Assembly: GCA_951406725.2 (NCBI GenBank)
Contig: OX597820.1
Coordinates: 18,910,001-18,974,000 of the forward strand
DNA from: Octopus vulgaris
Taxonomy: Eukaryota
Length of the DNA stretch: 64,000 bases
Reading direction: 5' to 3'
This document shows, one piece after another, positions 25,170 to 39,479 of this stretch. Under the pieces are notes generated by a model that searched no databases, was not told the DNA's origin, and worked only from the letters and a program-made list of their open reading frames with translations. A program made the translations under genes and the position numbers. Positions within the stretch are counted from its first letter, which is position 1, and the number at the start of each line of letters is the position of its first letter.

Positions 25170-26588
25170 TTTCTCCCCCCCCCCTCGTCCCTTTATTTTT
25201 TTTTTTAATCCTTTGCTACTACTGTCTGTCATCAACTTTTCAACGAGTTTCTTTAACCTTTTTATTGATATTTTTTTTTTCCCCCTTTACTATATATCAC
25301 TTTATCTTTTTCGTCTTCAGTCGTTCCTTGTTATCTTACCAGCACTTCGTTGTCTCCTTTCACTGTCCTCTATCATCTCTCGTTGTTTTTCTTTCTTTTT
25401 TTCTTTTCTTTAATTCATATTCAGTCATTCATATCTTTATCCAGATTATTTTTTCTATCTTACAAACCATACCCTTTTTCCTTTTTTCTCTCTCCCCCCC
25501 CGCCTTCGCATTTTACTAGTCACCCCCCTCTCTCTCTCACTCTCTCTCGCTCTATTTCTATCTTTTTTCACTCTTACCATCTCTCTTTTCCTTACCCTTT
25601 TTTTTGTATCTCCTACTTAGTATTTTCACCCTAACTTTCACCCCCTCCCCACCACCACCACCACCACCACATCTTTCTCCCTTCTTTCTTTTGTTCCCGG
25701 CTGTCTCCTCCACCGCATCATTCTTTATTTTGTTTTTTTATTCCCGACTCCTCGACCGTCTCTTCCATTCTTTTTACAAAAACCACTCCCTTTTATTCTT
25801 CTACGCACTCCAGCCTGATTCCTAACTCAAATGCTCCTCAAAGACCTTCCTCTCCTCCCATTCGCTCCATTTTTTTAAACCCCATCACCACCACAACCTC
25901 CACCACCACCACCACCGTCTGCTCTTTACTCCCTCTCTATCATTATCATTCCTCCCCTCTCTCCCCCCCCCCTACGTTCCATCTCGATTATCTCCCCCTC
26001 ACTCCACTTAATCTTTCTCTGCAAAACTGCTGTTTTGGGTCCTCATTACACTCACTGCCGTAATCCTCTTTCAGCACAACCCATCAAACCAGGCTATTTT
26101 CCTACTCTCCCTCTTTCCACCATCATCATCCTTCATACACATCACTTAACCGCTCTAAGCTTTCTTACACTTCATCTTCCTCCACAACATCCCTTTTTTC
26201 TCCTGCAGTCCCTTCATTCCTTCTGTATCTCCTCCACCTATTTATCCCTTTATTCCCTCCACTACCTTCACATCGCCTTTACAATATCACTACTCCCACC
26301 ACAGCTTTTTTATTCGGCTTTTCTCCTACCGCACACTCCATTTACTCTCATTGCACCTCTCTATACACTGCCTAACCTTTTCAGTACACTCCATTACGCG
26401 TTTCCTAACTTGTCCGCACACTCCCTTACACTGCATTGTCACATAATTTATATGCATTTTCCCCAGTTTTCCACTACGCACTCCCATGTTATTTTCCGTA
26501 TTTCTTTGCGAAAAAAAAGAAAAAGAAAAATCTCTCGTCTAATAATCCCTTCTGATCCTTTTCTTTTTGTTCTTTTTTTTTTACTAGT

Positions 26589-26590
<2 letters not shown>
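25170..26590 (+). repeat. Long pyrimidine-skewed low-complexity tract
   Basis: C/T-rich and G-poor plus strand with (CCA)n and C runs. Confidence 0.8.
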
Positions 26591-26669
<79 letters not shown>

Positions 26670-27021
26670 TGAACGGGAGGAAGGAAGACAAATATATATA
26701 TACATGTATATACATAATATAAATAATATATATATACATGTATATACATAATATAAATAATATATATATGCATACATATATACATACATGCATATATGGG
26801 TACAGGATGTCACCGTATTGAACTCATTTGTTTTCGTATTTCATGTTGTTTACAGTTTGTGACGTCCTGTACCCATATATGCATTCATGTATGAATGTGT
26901 GTGTGTATATATATATATATATGTAGATGTGTATATATATATATATATATTTGATTGAATGCCATGCACCAATTCCATACACACACACACACATATATAT
27001 ATATGTGTAGATGTATATATA

Positions 27022-27440
27022 TCATCATCATCATCATCATCATCGTTTAGCGTCCGTTTTCCATGCTAGCATGGGTTGGACGGTTCTACTGGGGTCTGTG
27101 AAGCCAGAAGGCTTCATCAGGCCCAGTCAAATCTGGCAGTGTTTCTACGGCTGGATGCCCTTCCTAACGCCAACCACTCCGTGAGTGTAGTGGGTGCTTT
27201 TTACGTGCCACCCACACATGTGCCAGACAGAGCTGGCAAACGGCCACGAACGGATGGTGCTTTTTATGTGCCACCGGCACGAGGGCCAGGCGAGGCTGGC
27301 AACGGACACGAACAGATGGTGCTTTTTACGTGCCATCGGCACGAGGCCAGTCGGAGCGGTGCTGGCAACGGTCGCGAAACGGAAGGTTCTCTTACATGCC
27401 ACCGGCACTGGTAACACATCTGCAATTTCCATTCTGATCC
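27022..27440 (-). mobile_element. Repeat family D with four internal ~45-60-bp subrepeats
   Basis: ggtgcttttt(a)cgtgcca.cggcac motif repeated; (CAT)n tail. Confidence 0.85.
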
Positions 27441-27524
27441 TCATATATATATATATATATACATCTACACATATATATATATATATATATATATATTTGA
27501 TTGAATGCCATGCACCAATTCCAT

Positions 27525-27560
<36 letters not shown>

Positions 27561-28443
27561 GTAAGTATATGTTTATATATATGCGCAGGAGTGGCTGTGT
27601 GGTAAGTAGCTTGCTTACCAACCACATAGTTCCGGGTTCAGTCCCACTGCGTGACACCTTGGGCAATTGTCTTCTATTATAGCCTCGGGACGACCAAAGC
27701 CTTGTGAGTGGATTTGGTAGACGGAAACTGTGGATAACATCGGTGGCGTAGTGAGGGGTGGCTGGTATGCATGGGCGACTGCTGGTCTTCCATAAAACAA
27801 CCTTGCCCTGACTTGTGCCTGGGAGGGGAACTTTCTAGGTGCAGTCCCATGGTCATTCATGACTAGGGGTTTTTTACCCTTTACCCTACACACACACACA
27901 AATCATTTCAAATATGAGATCTTTGAGGTGAAATATATTTGGCTGAAGAAATATAAAGAGACCGAAACATGTTCATAGCTTCCAAGGCAGTATGTGTTTG
28001 CATTGCTTTTACTTTATAAAATTTGATATACAATGAAGGAAATTGTTGTATACAATGCTCAGGTGCACTACACCCGAAAAAAACCCCAGCCCACCAGGTG
28101 TACTGTTGGCAGATTTCAGGAAGCATGGAAGTTTTGAAGGATGTAGTATCCTGACAGCTAATGACGGATGCGGGTAGTTTATTCCATGCTTCAGCAATTC
28201 TGAGGGTGAAAATATGTTTCCGAAAGTCATGGGTGTTGTGTCGTTTTTTTTATTGTGTAATAAATTGATTTTATTTTTACAATACACAGAATATTTTAAC
28301 AATTTCTTTTATGCAGTTCCTAATAAAATTGATTTCAAATTCTGGCACAAGGCCAGCAATTTCAGGGCAGAAAAGAAACTCAAACACATTGAAAGATGTT
28401 ACTCCAACATAGCCTCAGTCTCTAGCTGAAACCAGTAAAAGAT

Positions 28444-28508
<65 letters not shown>

Positions 28509-29762
28509 GATTCAATTGAATTAGGTACTTAAATTGAGACACCAATATAGATATATATCATCATCATCATCATCGTTTAACATCCGCTTTCCATGCTAGC
28601 ATGGGTTTGACGGTTCGGCCGGGGTCTGGGAAGCCAGGAGGCTGTACCAGGCTCCAGTCTGATCTGGCAGTGTTTCTACAGCTGGATGCCCTTCCTAACG
28701 CCAACAACTGCGTGAGTGTAATGGGTGCTCTTTATGTATATATATATATATATATATATATGTCATCTTCTACTGGTTTTAGCTAGAGAATGAGGCCATG
28801 CTGGAGCACCGTCTTTCAATGTGTTTGGGTTTCTTTTCTGCACAGTTTCTGGTGAAATTTGTCCGGACGCTCCGTGAAGACCTGCATCACTACACCTCGC
28901 AAATGTCTGACATTGTCTGGCAGAATGTTGTATAGTTGTGTGGTCCCTTAAAACCCATGCTGTTATAGTACTGGGTCATTATTTGAGATGTAGAAGATGG
29001 GATATATAAATATATGATTGTATGTAATATATATGAACACTGTGTGGCACCTTGGGCAACTGTCTTTTACTACAACCTCAGGTCGACCAAAGCCTTGTGA
29101 GTGGATTTGGTAGAGAGAAACTGGAAGAGGGCTGTTGTATATACATATATATATATATTTATTTATATTTATGTGGCTGTGTGGTAAGTAACTTGCTTCC
29201 CAACTACATGGTTCTGGGTTTAGTCCCACTGCAAAGCACTTTGGGCAAGTGTCTTCCACTATACCCTCAGGCCAACCAAAGCCTTGTGAGTGGATTTGGT
29301 AGACGGAAACTGAAAGAAGCTCATCTTTATATATATATATACCGGAGTAAACACATAAATGTGAAACAAGGTGGAAAAAAGAGTACTCAAATACCAGTGG
29401 TAGAGTAATATGCTTTATTTTAAGCAGCAGAAAATTCAACAAAATCTGTTACTCTGAGTTTCTCGTTGCCGTTTTCAGACAGTTTTTGCTATATATATAT
29501 ATATATATTTGTGTGTCTGTCTTTGTCCTCCCACCATTGCTTGACAACTGATGTTGGCGTGTTTACATCCCTGTAACCTAGCAGTTCGGCAAAAGACACC
29601 GATAGAGTAATAAGTACTAGGCTTACAAAGAATGAGTCCTGGGGTTAATTTGTTTGACTAAAGGCAGTGCTCCAGCATGGCCACAGTCAAATGACTGAAA
29701 CAAGTAAAAGAATACAAGAATAGCACACACACACATACACACACACACACACACACATGTAT

Positions 29763-30134
29763 TGTTATATTTCAGGATGGTGGTTTTTTTTTTTTCCTTT
29801 TTCTTATCAGATAAACATACAAACTGTATATTTGTTCTTCACTTGTTTATTATTGTTCTTATCTTATTGTCCATTGTCTGGAAATATTTTTTTATCACAT
29901 GTCCTGTGACCTCTTCAATGACTCTCCACCCCATATGTCTCCTGTTGTTTAGTCCATTCTTTCGAGAAAAAGTCCCCAAAAAGGTCACAGGATGTATGAC
30001 AAAATATTTCCAGACAACGGACAAGAAGATAAAAACAATAATAGAGCTGGAGTGAAGAAGAAATATATAGTGTGTGTGTTTATTTGGTAAAAGAAACAAA
30101 AAAAGAAAAAAAACGACTATTCCGAAATATAACA
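29763..30134. mobile_element. Tail-out inverted pair of HHR-family units (arms ~160 bp, diverged)
   Basis: tgttatatttcaggatgg...gtgacctcttcaatgact mirrors agtccccaaaaaggtcacagg...tccgaaatataaca; homologous to the 44070-44213 unit. Confidence 0.75.
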
Positions 30135-30191
30135 TCTGTTGCAATAAATGATTTCACATCAGAGATCTTGCAAAACAACTATATAAGCATA

Positions 30192-30225
<34 letters not shown>

Positions 30226-30284
30226 TTTTTTTGTACTTGTTTCAGTCATTTGACTGCGGCCATGCTGGAGCACCGCCTTTAGAG

Positions 30285-31335
<1,051 letters not shown>

Positions 31336-31747
31336 AAAGAATACAAAAAATGGGGCAAGAATTCAAAACATCCAGACAGCTAGATGATACAAAAAAAGGG
31401 AAACAAAACATACAGACAGATGATACAAATGAAGGACAAGAAAAACCATGGACGGGTCATTCGAAGTTTTCTTTCCTCAGTCGAGTTCCAGATTATCTTT
31501 GCAATTTCAGCTGGTTATACTCGAGACTGCTCCAATCTGGCTATCCCCAAGGAAAAGCTAAATTAAGAGTATTAGATTTTTCGGAAGAAAGCAGCAAATG
31601 TATATGAAAATAAGGATGGAAAAAAAATGAAGAAATAGTACACAAATACAAATGTAAATTACTATACACACAAACACACACTGTGGTGCTCCAGCAAGAA
31701 CACAGCTGCATGGCAAAAATGAATAAGGAAATATATAGTTATATATA

Positions 31748-32140
31748 GGCGCAGGAGTGGCTGTGTGGTAAGTAGCTTGCTTACCAACCACATGGTGCCG
31801 GGTTCAGTCTCACTACATGGCACCTTGGGCAAGTGTCTTCTAATATAGCTTTGGGCTGACCAAAGCCTTGTGAGTGGATTTGGTACACGGAATCTGAAAA
31901 AAGCCTGTTGTATATATATATATATACATATGTGTGTGTGTGTGTATGTTTGTGTGTCTGTGTCTCCCCCCAACACCATGATGTTGGTGTGTTTACAACC
32001 CATAACTTAGCGGTCCGGCAAAAGAGACCGATAGAATAAGTACTAGGCTTACAAAGAATAAGTCCTGGGGTCGATTTGTTCAACTGAAAGCCCTGCTCCA
32101 GCATGGCTGCAGTCAAAGGACTGAAACAAGTAAAAGAATA
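31748..32140 (+). mobile_element. SINE family A
   Basis: Full head to tail. Confidence 0.9.
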
Positions 32141-32255
32141 TACATACATTATACATACATACACATATATATATATAGTTCTTATCCAGTTAAATGAAAA
32201 GGAAATGGTGAGTAGAAAGTTAATAATTATTTATTAAGAAATTTGTAATCTTTAC

Positions 32256-32351
32256 TTCTTACAGCCGTTTCCATTAGTACTCAATAATTAAATTACAAAT
32301 TTATGCATTAAATTTGCATTAATATGCTATGAGCATAATTTCATCAAAGAA
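32256..32351 (-). ncRNA. Type I hammerhead-like motif with long AT-rich stem II
   Basis: ttct-TTGATGA-(attatgctca...tgagtactaat)g-GAAA-cggctG-TA-agaa; C3 to U; stem III near-palindromic. Confidence 0.55.
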
Positions 32352-32433
32352 AAAAAATATACCTTTATATGTTACACCTGGACTGCTGAAATCTACAAGG
32401 TTTTTTTCATTCTCTGTTTATTTTCTCTTGTTC

Positions 32434-32470
32434 CTTTCTGTTGAAGAGCATAGACTCGAAATACAAAAAG
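32434..32470 (+). ncRNA. Decayed HHR-like motif
   Basis: cttt-CTGTTGA-a-GAG-cataga-CTC-GAAA-taca-aaaag; followed by ctgagtgtcaaactaataca as at ~59891. Confidence 0.3.
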
Positions 32471-33069
32471 ATTTTTTCATTTTCCTGAGTGTCAAACTAA
32501 TACACTTGCTTGTTGTTCATACACCTGTCTTCATCTTTTATTTTTCTATAAATTTAAACTATATATATATATATATGCACACATTATTTTATTCGTTTTA
32601 GCATGTGCCTGCGGCCATGCTGGAGCACAACCAAGATTTTTTATTTTTACATATTCTTCTTTAGTTGATCTCTGCAGGGCACTAGGTTTTCATACTACTC
32701 CTGTATGTGGGTGGTGGTGGTGTGTGTGTGTGCAGGTGAGCCAGCAGAATTGTTAGCATGCTGGGCAAAATGCTTAGTGGTATTTTGTCTGTCTTTACAT
32801 TCTGAGTTCAAATTTCATAAAGGTTGACTTATTTTTCATCCCTTTCGGAGTCGATAAAATAAGTACCAGTTCAGCGCTGGAATTGGCATAATCGACTTAC
32901 CCAAATCCCTCAAATCTTACTGGTCTTGTGCCAAAATTTGAAATCAACATACAATATAGATATATATATAAATATATGAGCATCTATATACGTATATAAC
33001 TATGTATGCCTATTCATGTATAATAAAGTATAGTGCATGTGTAACATGCACACATATGCAGATTGAGTA

Positions 33070-33115
<46 letters not shown>

Positions 33116-33375
33116 GGAGATGTACTTGCATAGCAAGTGACCTGATCTGAGATTGTGTGCTGAAACAAAAAGAATTGCAGCTTATAAACACCTCCCATGC
33201 TACAATTGTATATATATATAACAAGGGAAAGGCACCCCCCCACACACACACTTACTAAACATAGACACACACAGGGGCATACACATGCGCAAGTAAAGGC
33301 ACATACAATAGGAATACAAAATGGCTGATCATTAGTAAGGAAAGACACACAAAAAAGAAAGAAGAAAGCAAAGGA

Positions 33376-33415
33376 CCACTGATGAGGTCACAGAAGTGTG
33401 ATGAAAGAACTCTGG
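33376..33415 (+). ncRNA. Minimal type I hammerhead ribozyme motif
   Basis: cca-CTGATGA-g-GTCAC-agaagt-GTGAT-GAAA-gaaC-TC-tgg. Confidence 0.65.
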
Positions 33416-33528
33416 CTGAAATACAATTAATACAAAATAAAGCTGAAGCAAAATAACACCAAATATATAGTGCATGTGTTTTCACTGGCTAAACTGGCAA
33501 CATGACCATCCCCAAATACAACAATATA

Positions 33529-33572
<44 letters not shown>

Positions 33573-34659
33573 TTTTAGTGTCGGGAACTTCTGTAGTATA
33601 CTATATATACTGAACTCTACAGAAGTTCTCGATGCCAAAAGTCATATTTACATACCGAAATCTACCAGTAAATAATTGTTGGTTGTCTGAAAAACCATCG
33701 AAAAAATTATTTACCTTTTTATTATATTATATATATATATATATATTGTTTTACTTGTTTCAGTAATTTGACTGCGGCCATGCTGGAGCACTGCCTTGAA
33801 GGGTTTTAGTTGAACAAATCAACCTCAGGGTTTATTTCTTAAGTCTAGTACTTATTCTATCAGTCTCTTTTGCCGAACTGCTAAGTTGCGGTGACATAAA
33901 CACACCAACACTAGTTGTCAAGCAGTGATGGGGAACAATCAGAGACACAAAGACGCTGACACGGAAGCCAGTTAGCTGCTCTGCCAATGATCACACTCGT
34001 ATAGTGCTCTTTGCACCCTGCTAGCACGGACGCCAGTCATCGAATTTGATTTTGATTTCAGTTGCCTCAACAGGTCTTCGCAAGCAGAGTTTTAGTGTCC
34101 AAAGCAGGAAAAGGTACGCATAAGTGGGCTGGTTTACACCCCTAGCATAGGCCACGAGATTATGGCCTCATTTGGCTTGCCGGGTCTTCTCACGCACGGC
34201 ATATTTCCCAAAGCCTCAGTCACTTGGTGAGGCCTAGGGGTTGATAAAATAAGAACAACTCGGGCAGTGGGATCGATGTAATCGACTTACCGCTGTTCCC
34301 TAAATTGTTGGCCTTGTGCCAAAATTTGAAGCCAATAGTGTGTGAATTTTATGTGCGAACAGCGTTAATTTATAGAGTATTGTATTTTGAACATCCCCTC
34401 TGCGTTCTCTCGACGCTGGCTTAATGTGCTGAAATATACACAAGCTTACCCTTGTCAGTGTCAGTGACAGGAGGCTGGATTTGAACTCAGAATGCACAGT
34501 GTGTGTGCGCGTGTGTTTGTTTGTTCCGCACCACAACTGGTATTGGTTTGTTTATATTCCCACAACATAGCCGTTCGGCAAAATAGTTCGATAAAATGAG
34601 TACCAGGCTTAAAAATATGCACTGGGGTCTAATGACTGAAACAAGCATTTAACATAACA

Positions 34660-34694
34660 AGTCCGACGATGCTGGCCGAAACTTCGAAGTCACT
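34660..34694 (+). ncRNA. Minimal type I hammerhead-like motif with palindromic stem III
   Basis: agt-CCGACGA-tgctggcc-GAAA-cttcgaaG-TC-act; ACTTCGAAGT palindrome; weak stem II; followed by a 12-bp hairpin, AATAAA and a TA tract. Confidence 0.6.
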
Positions 34695-34796
34695 ATCAAG
34701 AATAATACATTTATACTCTACAAAAGTATAAATGTAAAATTCCTGTTATTATTTACCGAAAATAAAAACAAAAATTAATATATAGATATATATATT

Positions 34797-35105
34797 TATG
34801 CACCCTTTTCAAGCTTAGCCAGATTCATGGGCCCGGTTTCCCGGTTTTTATGGCGTATGTGTTCCCCCCAGCTGGACGAGACGCCAGACCATCGCAGCGT
34901 TACTCAAGAAACAGGAAGAAAGAACGAGAGAAAGTTGTGGCGAAAGAGTACAACAGGGGTCGCCACAACTCCCTGCCGGAGCTTCGTGGAACTTTTAGGT
35001 GTTTTCGCTCAATAAACACACACACAACGCCCGGTCTGGGAATCGAAACTGCGATCCTCCGACCGCGAGTCCGCTACCCTAACCACTGGGCCATTGCGCC
35101 TCCAC
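34797..35105 (-). mobile_element. SINE family B with a third tail type
   Basis: Family B head; tail ...cgccataaaaaccgggaaaccgggcccatg...gggtgcataaat. Confidence 0.85.
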
Positions 35106-35201
35106 ACACACACACATATATAAATAAATATAAGTAAATATATAAGTATATATAAGTAATGCGTACGATATACGTATAGTTTATGTATATATATAGTTTA
35201 T

Positions 35202-35311
35202 GGCGGAGGTGAAGAATACGTACACCACCCGTTTTCGGCGTAACAAAACCCCTAACCCTAATCTTAAACCCTAATCATAAATACCAGGTGTACTTATTCT
35301 TTACTTTCGCC
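35202..35311. mobile_element. Small MITE-like hairpin containing telomere-like CCCTAA repeats
   Basis: ggcggaggtgaagaatacgtacacc / ggtgtacttattctttactttcgcc arms; ccctaaccctaatcttaaaccctaatc inside. Confidence 0.6.
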
Positions 35312-36145
35312 TAATGCATATATTATTTAGTGATGTATAAAATACTTCATTCCATAGTTACATGAGTATAATGTATGTAATATGTATGAATGTATGTTTA
35401 TATATATATACATACATACATATATGATGTATGTATATAGATATATATGTATGTATATTAATACGCACACACGCACAGTGTGTTGCTATTTACGGTGTCT
35501 CTAGGTACGCCTGCTTATTTTACCATTTTTCTGTGTTATCTATTTTCGCGGCCGTCTATTTATACACACACGCATATATATACATTAGGTCTTGTAATTA
35601 AAACACACACGCAAACCATCGAAAAACATGCACTCACTAAGGACAAGGAAGTACATTTGTAGCGAATATGGTATGTATAAGGGATTGGGGACAGCTTAAA
35701 CGATAGCCATATAAAATGCACTTGAAGAAAGCCAGAGGGGTTTGTCCCTTCAAAATAAATAAATAATATTTATATATACAGACGTACATAAAGCAATACA
35801 ACTGCCGTTTCATTTTACAAATTTCATCAATACTTTTTAAAATCTGGGAAATATTGATTTATTAATAATTGCTTAATATTTCAGAAAAAAAAATCGATAT
35901 GTATTCATTAATTTATTCCGCTTAAAGAAAAAAAAACAGGAAAAAAATTTCATCCGCCTTATATTCAAAGATTAAAGCTCCCTGATTACACACACACACA
36001 CTTATACATACATACACACACACATATATATATATATATTTATATATATAAATACGCACACACACACTTGGTAACTGAAGTTTCTTTTTATCTGTTCAGC
36101 TCATATATACATCGTGCGTGTGTGATTATATATATATGTATATGT

Positions 36146-36262
36146 GTGTTTATGTATGTATACATATGCATGTGTGCGTGTGTGTAAATATATATATATA
36201 TATATAAATCCTAGGCTCGTATATACATATATCTATATATATATAAATAAACTCTAGGCTCG

Positions 36263-36296
<34 letters not shown>

Positions 36297-36970
36297 TGTA
36301 TTTGTGTGTGTGTCTGTGTTTATGTATGTATACAGATGCATGTGTGTGTGTGTGTAAATATATATATATATAAACCCTAGGCTCGTATATACATATATTT
36401 ATATATATATAAATAAACTCTAGGCTCGTATATATATATATATACACACACACACATATTTGTGTGTGTGTCTGTGTTTATGTATGTATACATATGCATG
36501 TGTGCGTGTGTTGAAATATATATATATAAACCCTAGACTCGTATATACATATATCTATATATATATATAAATAAATAAACTCTAGGCTCGTATATATATA
36601 TACACACACACATATATTTGTGTGTGTGTCTGTGTTTATGTATGTATACATATGCATGTGTGCGTGTGTTGAAATATATATATATAAACCCTAGACTCGT
36701 ATATACATATATCTATATATATATATAAATAAATAAACTCTAGGCTCGTATATATATATACACACACACATATATTTGTGTGTGTGTCTGTGTTTATGTA
36801 TGTATACATATGCATGTGTGCGTGTGTTGAAATATATATATATAAACCCTAGACTCGTATATACATATATCTATATATATATATAAATAAATAAACTCTA
36901 GGCTCGTATATATATATACACACACACATATATTTGTGTGTGTGTCTGTTTATGTATGTATACGTATGCA
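36146..36970. repeat. Tandem array, ~158-170-bp unit, ~5 copies, built on TA/CA microsatellites
   Basis: Units start ~36146, 36316, 36474, 36632, 36790; each carries aaaccctag.ctcg and aaactctaggctcg. Confidence 0.9.
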
Positions 36971-36980
36971 TGCGTGTGTG

Positions 36981-37013
<33 letters not shown>

Positions 37014-37538
37014 AATGAATATTTGTATGCATGCATGTTGTACACGAAACTTTCGACTCTTGAATCACTAGTAAGTTTCCGCTGATTTTATACATACATA
37101 CGTGTGTGTGTATGTATGTATGTATACATAGCACATACATTATCCAAACACATGTGCACACACACACACAACTCTGCACTCGTGTGTTGCCTTGTGTGAA
37201 CAAATTTTCTGATTCAATGAATTCATCGCTGTTAGTTGGAAGAATTCTGGTGTGGCGGTTATTGTTTAGCCCCAGGTCAGCCCTGATCGAACAGACCACA
37301 TATGACGAAAAGCATTCTGAATGTGACCATCTCTATCTCGTGTGTCCTTATTTTCTGCGGGGTTAGGGTGTGATACGAAGAATATTTGGCTGCTATTTTT
37401 AGCAGTTCGAGGTATCGCGCAAGACGCCTGTCCCGACTATTGTTAGCTGCTGTGGCGTGGCGCTAAACTGTCAGTAAAGCTTGTCTCCGATTCGGTTTCG
37501 ATTCTGTTGGAACCAGTTCTCTTCACTGCCACTAACGT

Positions 37539-37610
37539 GTTGTTTAGCTCACTGGTACAGAGCGCTCGGCCGGAATTTGAGAGGTGCAGAGTTCGATTCT
37601 CTGTAACAGC
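37539..37610 (+). pseudogene. tRNA-like cloverleaf (atypical; GGA at the anticodon position)
   Basis: D arm GCTC/GAGC, anticodon arm CTCGG-CCGGAAT-TTGAG, T arm CAGAG-TTCGATT-CTCTG, acceptor gttgtt/aacagc (one nt short); TTTTT at 37621. Confidence 0.6.
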
Positions 37611-37714
37611 TGCTGCTCACTTTTTAAACGTCTGTTAGGGGGTATTTCACCCGATTTTCTGAAGCTGTTTCCATAGCAACTAATTCTTTGCGTTCGAGAT
37701 TTTCGTTATTTCTA

Positions 37715-37751
<37 letters not shown>

Positions 37752-39479
37752 TTGGTATCACATATTGGCACAAGGACATCTTCGGGGGACGATATAAGTC
37801 GATTACATTCGACCCCAAAAGGGACGAAAAACGAAGTCGGCTTCTGCGGAATTTGAACTCAGATCGTAAAGGCGGATGAAAAGCCGCTAGGCACTTCTCT
37901 ACCCGGCGCGCTAACGACTCTGCCAGCTCAATAATTAATAACATTAGCTATAGCATAGTTTTCATGATTGTAGTTTTAGTTAAACCCTGTAGTGTTGATG
38001 TAAAGAAGGAAGGAACCGGTGAACAACATCGGCAAAATACTGTTTCGAGTTTCGGTCGAAAGTGTCTTCCATACCTCTCACTCCCTGAAACACCTGAAGC
38101 ATAAAACCTCGCAATTTTTGTATAAGTGTATCCCTTAAAACTCAAAGCTTTTTTTAATAATCTGTAAGAAAATTACTTGTACTATTACGGAACATAATCA
38201 CAGTTTGGTGTCTCTCAATTTATTTAATTTCTTTGCTGGGAGACTTGAACCTCACAAGTATTTTTTTTCTTCATTACTGGTGTAATTATGAATCTTTTAT
38301 GATTTTTTTTTTATCAAGCTCCCTAAGTTAAGTTTTTATTCTGCCACAGAACTAAGACAAATAAATGAGGAACTGTGGACACCCCTTTTTTTTCGATTTG
38401 TATTTTGATGCTATTCAAGTTTGCCACCCTTCTTTTTAGAGACAGAACACCCCTATAAATTTTCAATCAGTTCAAGAAACGATCAAGTTCGAACACAGTA
38501 TCGGAAATTAATTAATTCTAAGAATTAATTACAATTATTATTATTTTTACCGTTATACTCGATTTATAAACAATCTTCTCGCACGCTTCTTTCTGTCTGT
38601 CTGTCTCTGTTGATATTTGCTGTAAATCTTATCCATGTTGTAAAGTTTCTGGTCAGTATAACATATTATTAGCAAGGTGTTGTAAATTATCTTGATCATT
38701 TCCCACACCGTAATTGACATAAATCTATTTGTTTTGATTTGATTTTTCTTTTCCCAGTCAGTGCAAGGCTTGAAAATAATTAGGTCTTTGCTGGACTGGA
38801 ACCTGCTTCAGCTACTTATAAATTTTCCCACCTCCTTACAAGCCATCTACACACACACACATACACGGAATCTCTCTCTTACTCTCTCTTGGCCTAACCA
38901 GGCAACTCCCGTCATTGAAATACGATTAGGAATGGTTCTGGTTAAATTTCGCTGCTTCCTGACACACTCTGCTTAACTTTGTATACATATTCTCTCATCA
39001 CGGTTCTATCGCGATACTGGTAAGTACTATCTTCTGAAAAATCATCTATTTAGCCATCCCACTCCACGGTGTTCTTCTCTTCCTACTAGCAAGAGTATCA
39101 TTACTTCCTTTTCTGGACATTTTCCTGAAAGAAAACTCTTATTTTGTGTACGACGATCGCAGAAATAAAGTTAATTCTGACAGACACGCGCGCCGTCAAG
39201 TGCGTGTGTGTGCAGGAGAGTGAAAGAAGTTTATTTTAATACTTCCTGTTACTAAGATTTGAAAAACACTGCTTTCTTCAATTCATTCTCCTTCCCTTAA
39301 TTAGTACATCGACTATGAAGAATCATATTGTATTTAGATTAGAGTAGTTTTGTTGTTAACGATATCGACTAATTTATGACAGGCGAGTTTGGTCTCCGCT
39401 TCCCTCTTACGCTGACCATAACAATTAATGACTTCTCACTTCGGCACATGGTCACAAATTTTAAGTGGGAGGGAGATAT

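Noticed and set aside
26035-26751. 238-aa ORF, longest in window
   Set aside because: Stop-poor pyrimidine tract plus microsatellite; no domain features
27940-27980. CTGAAGA...GAAACATGTT possible HHR
   Set aside because: Palindromic stem III but no stem II and a poor stem I
36146-36970. CRISPR-like repeat/spacer appearance
   Set aside because: Spacers are themselves repeated microsatellites; eukaryotic context; no cas genes
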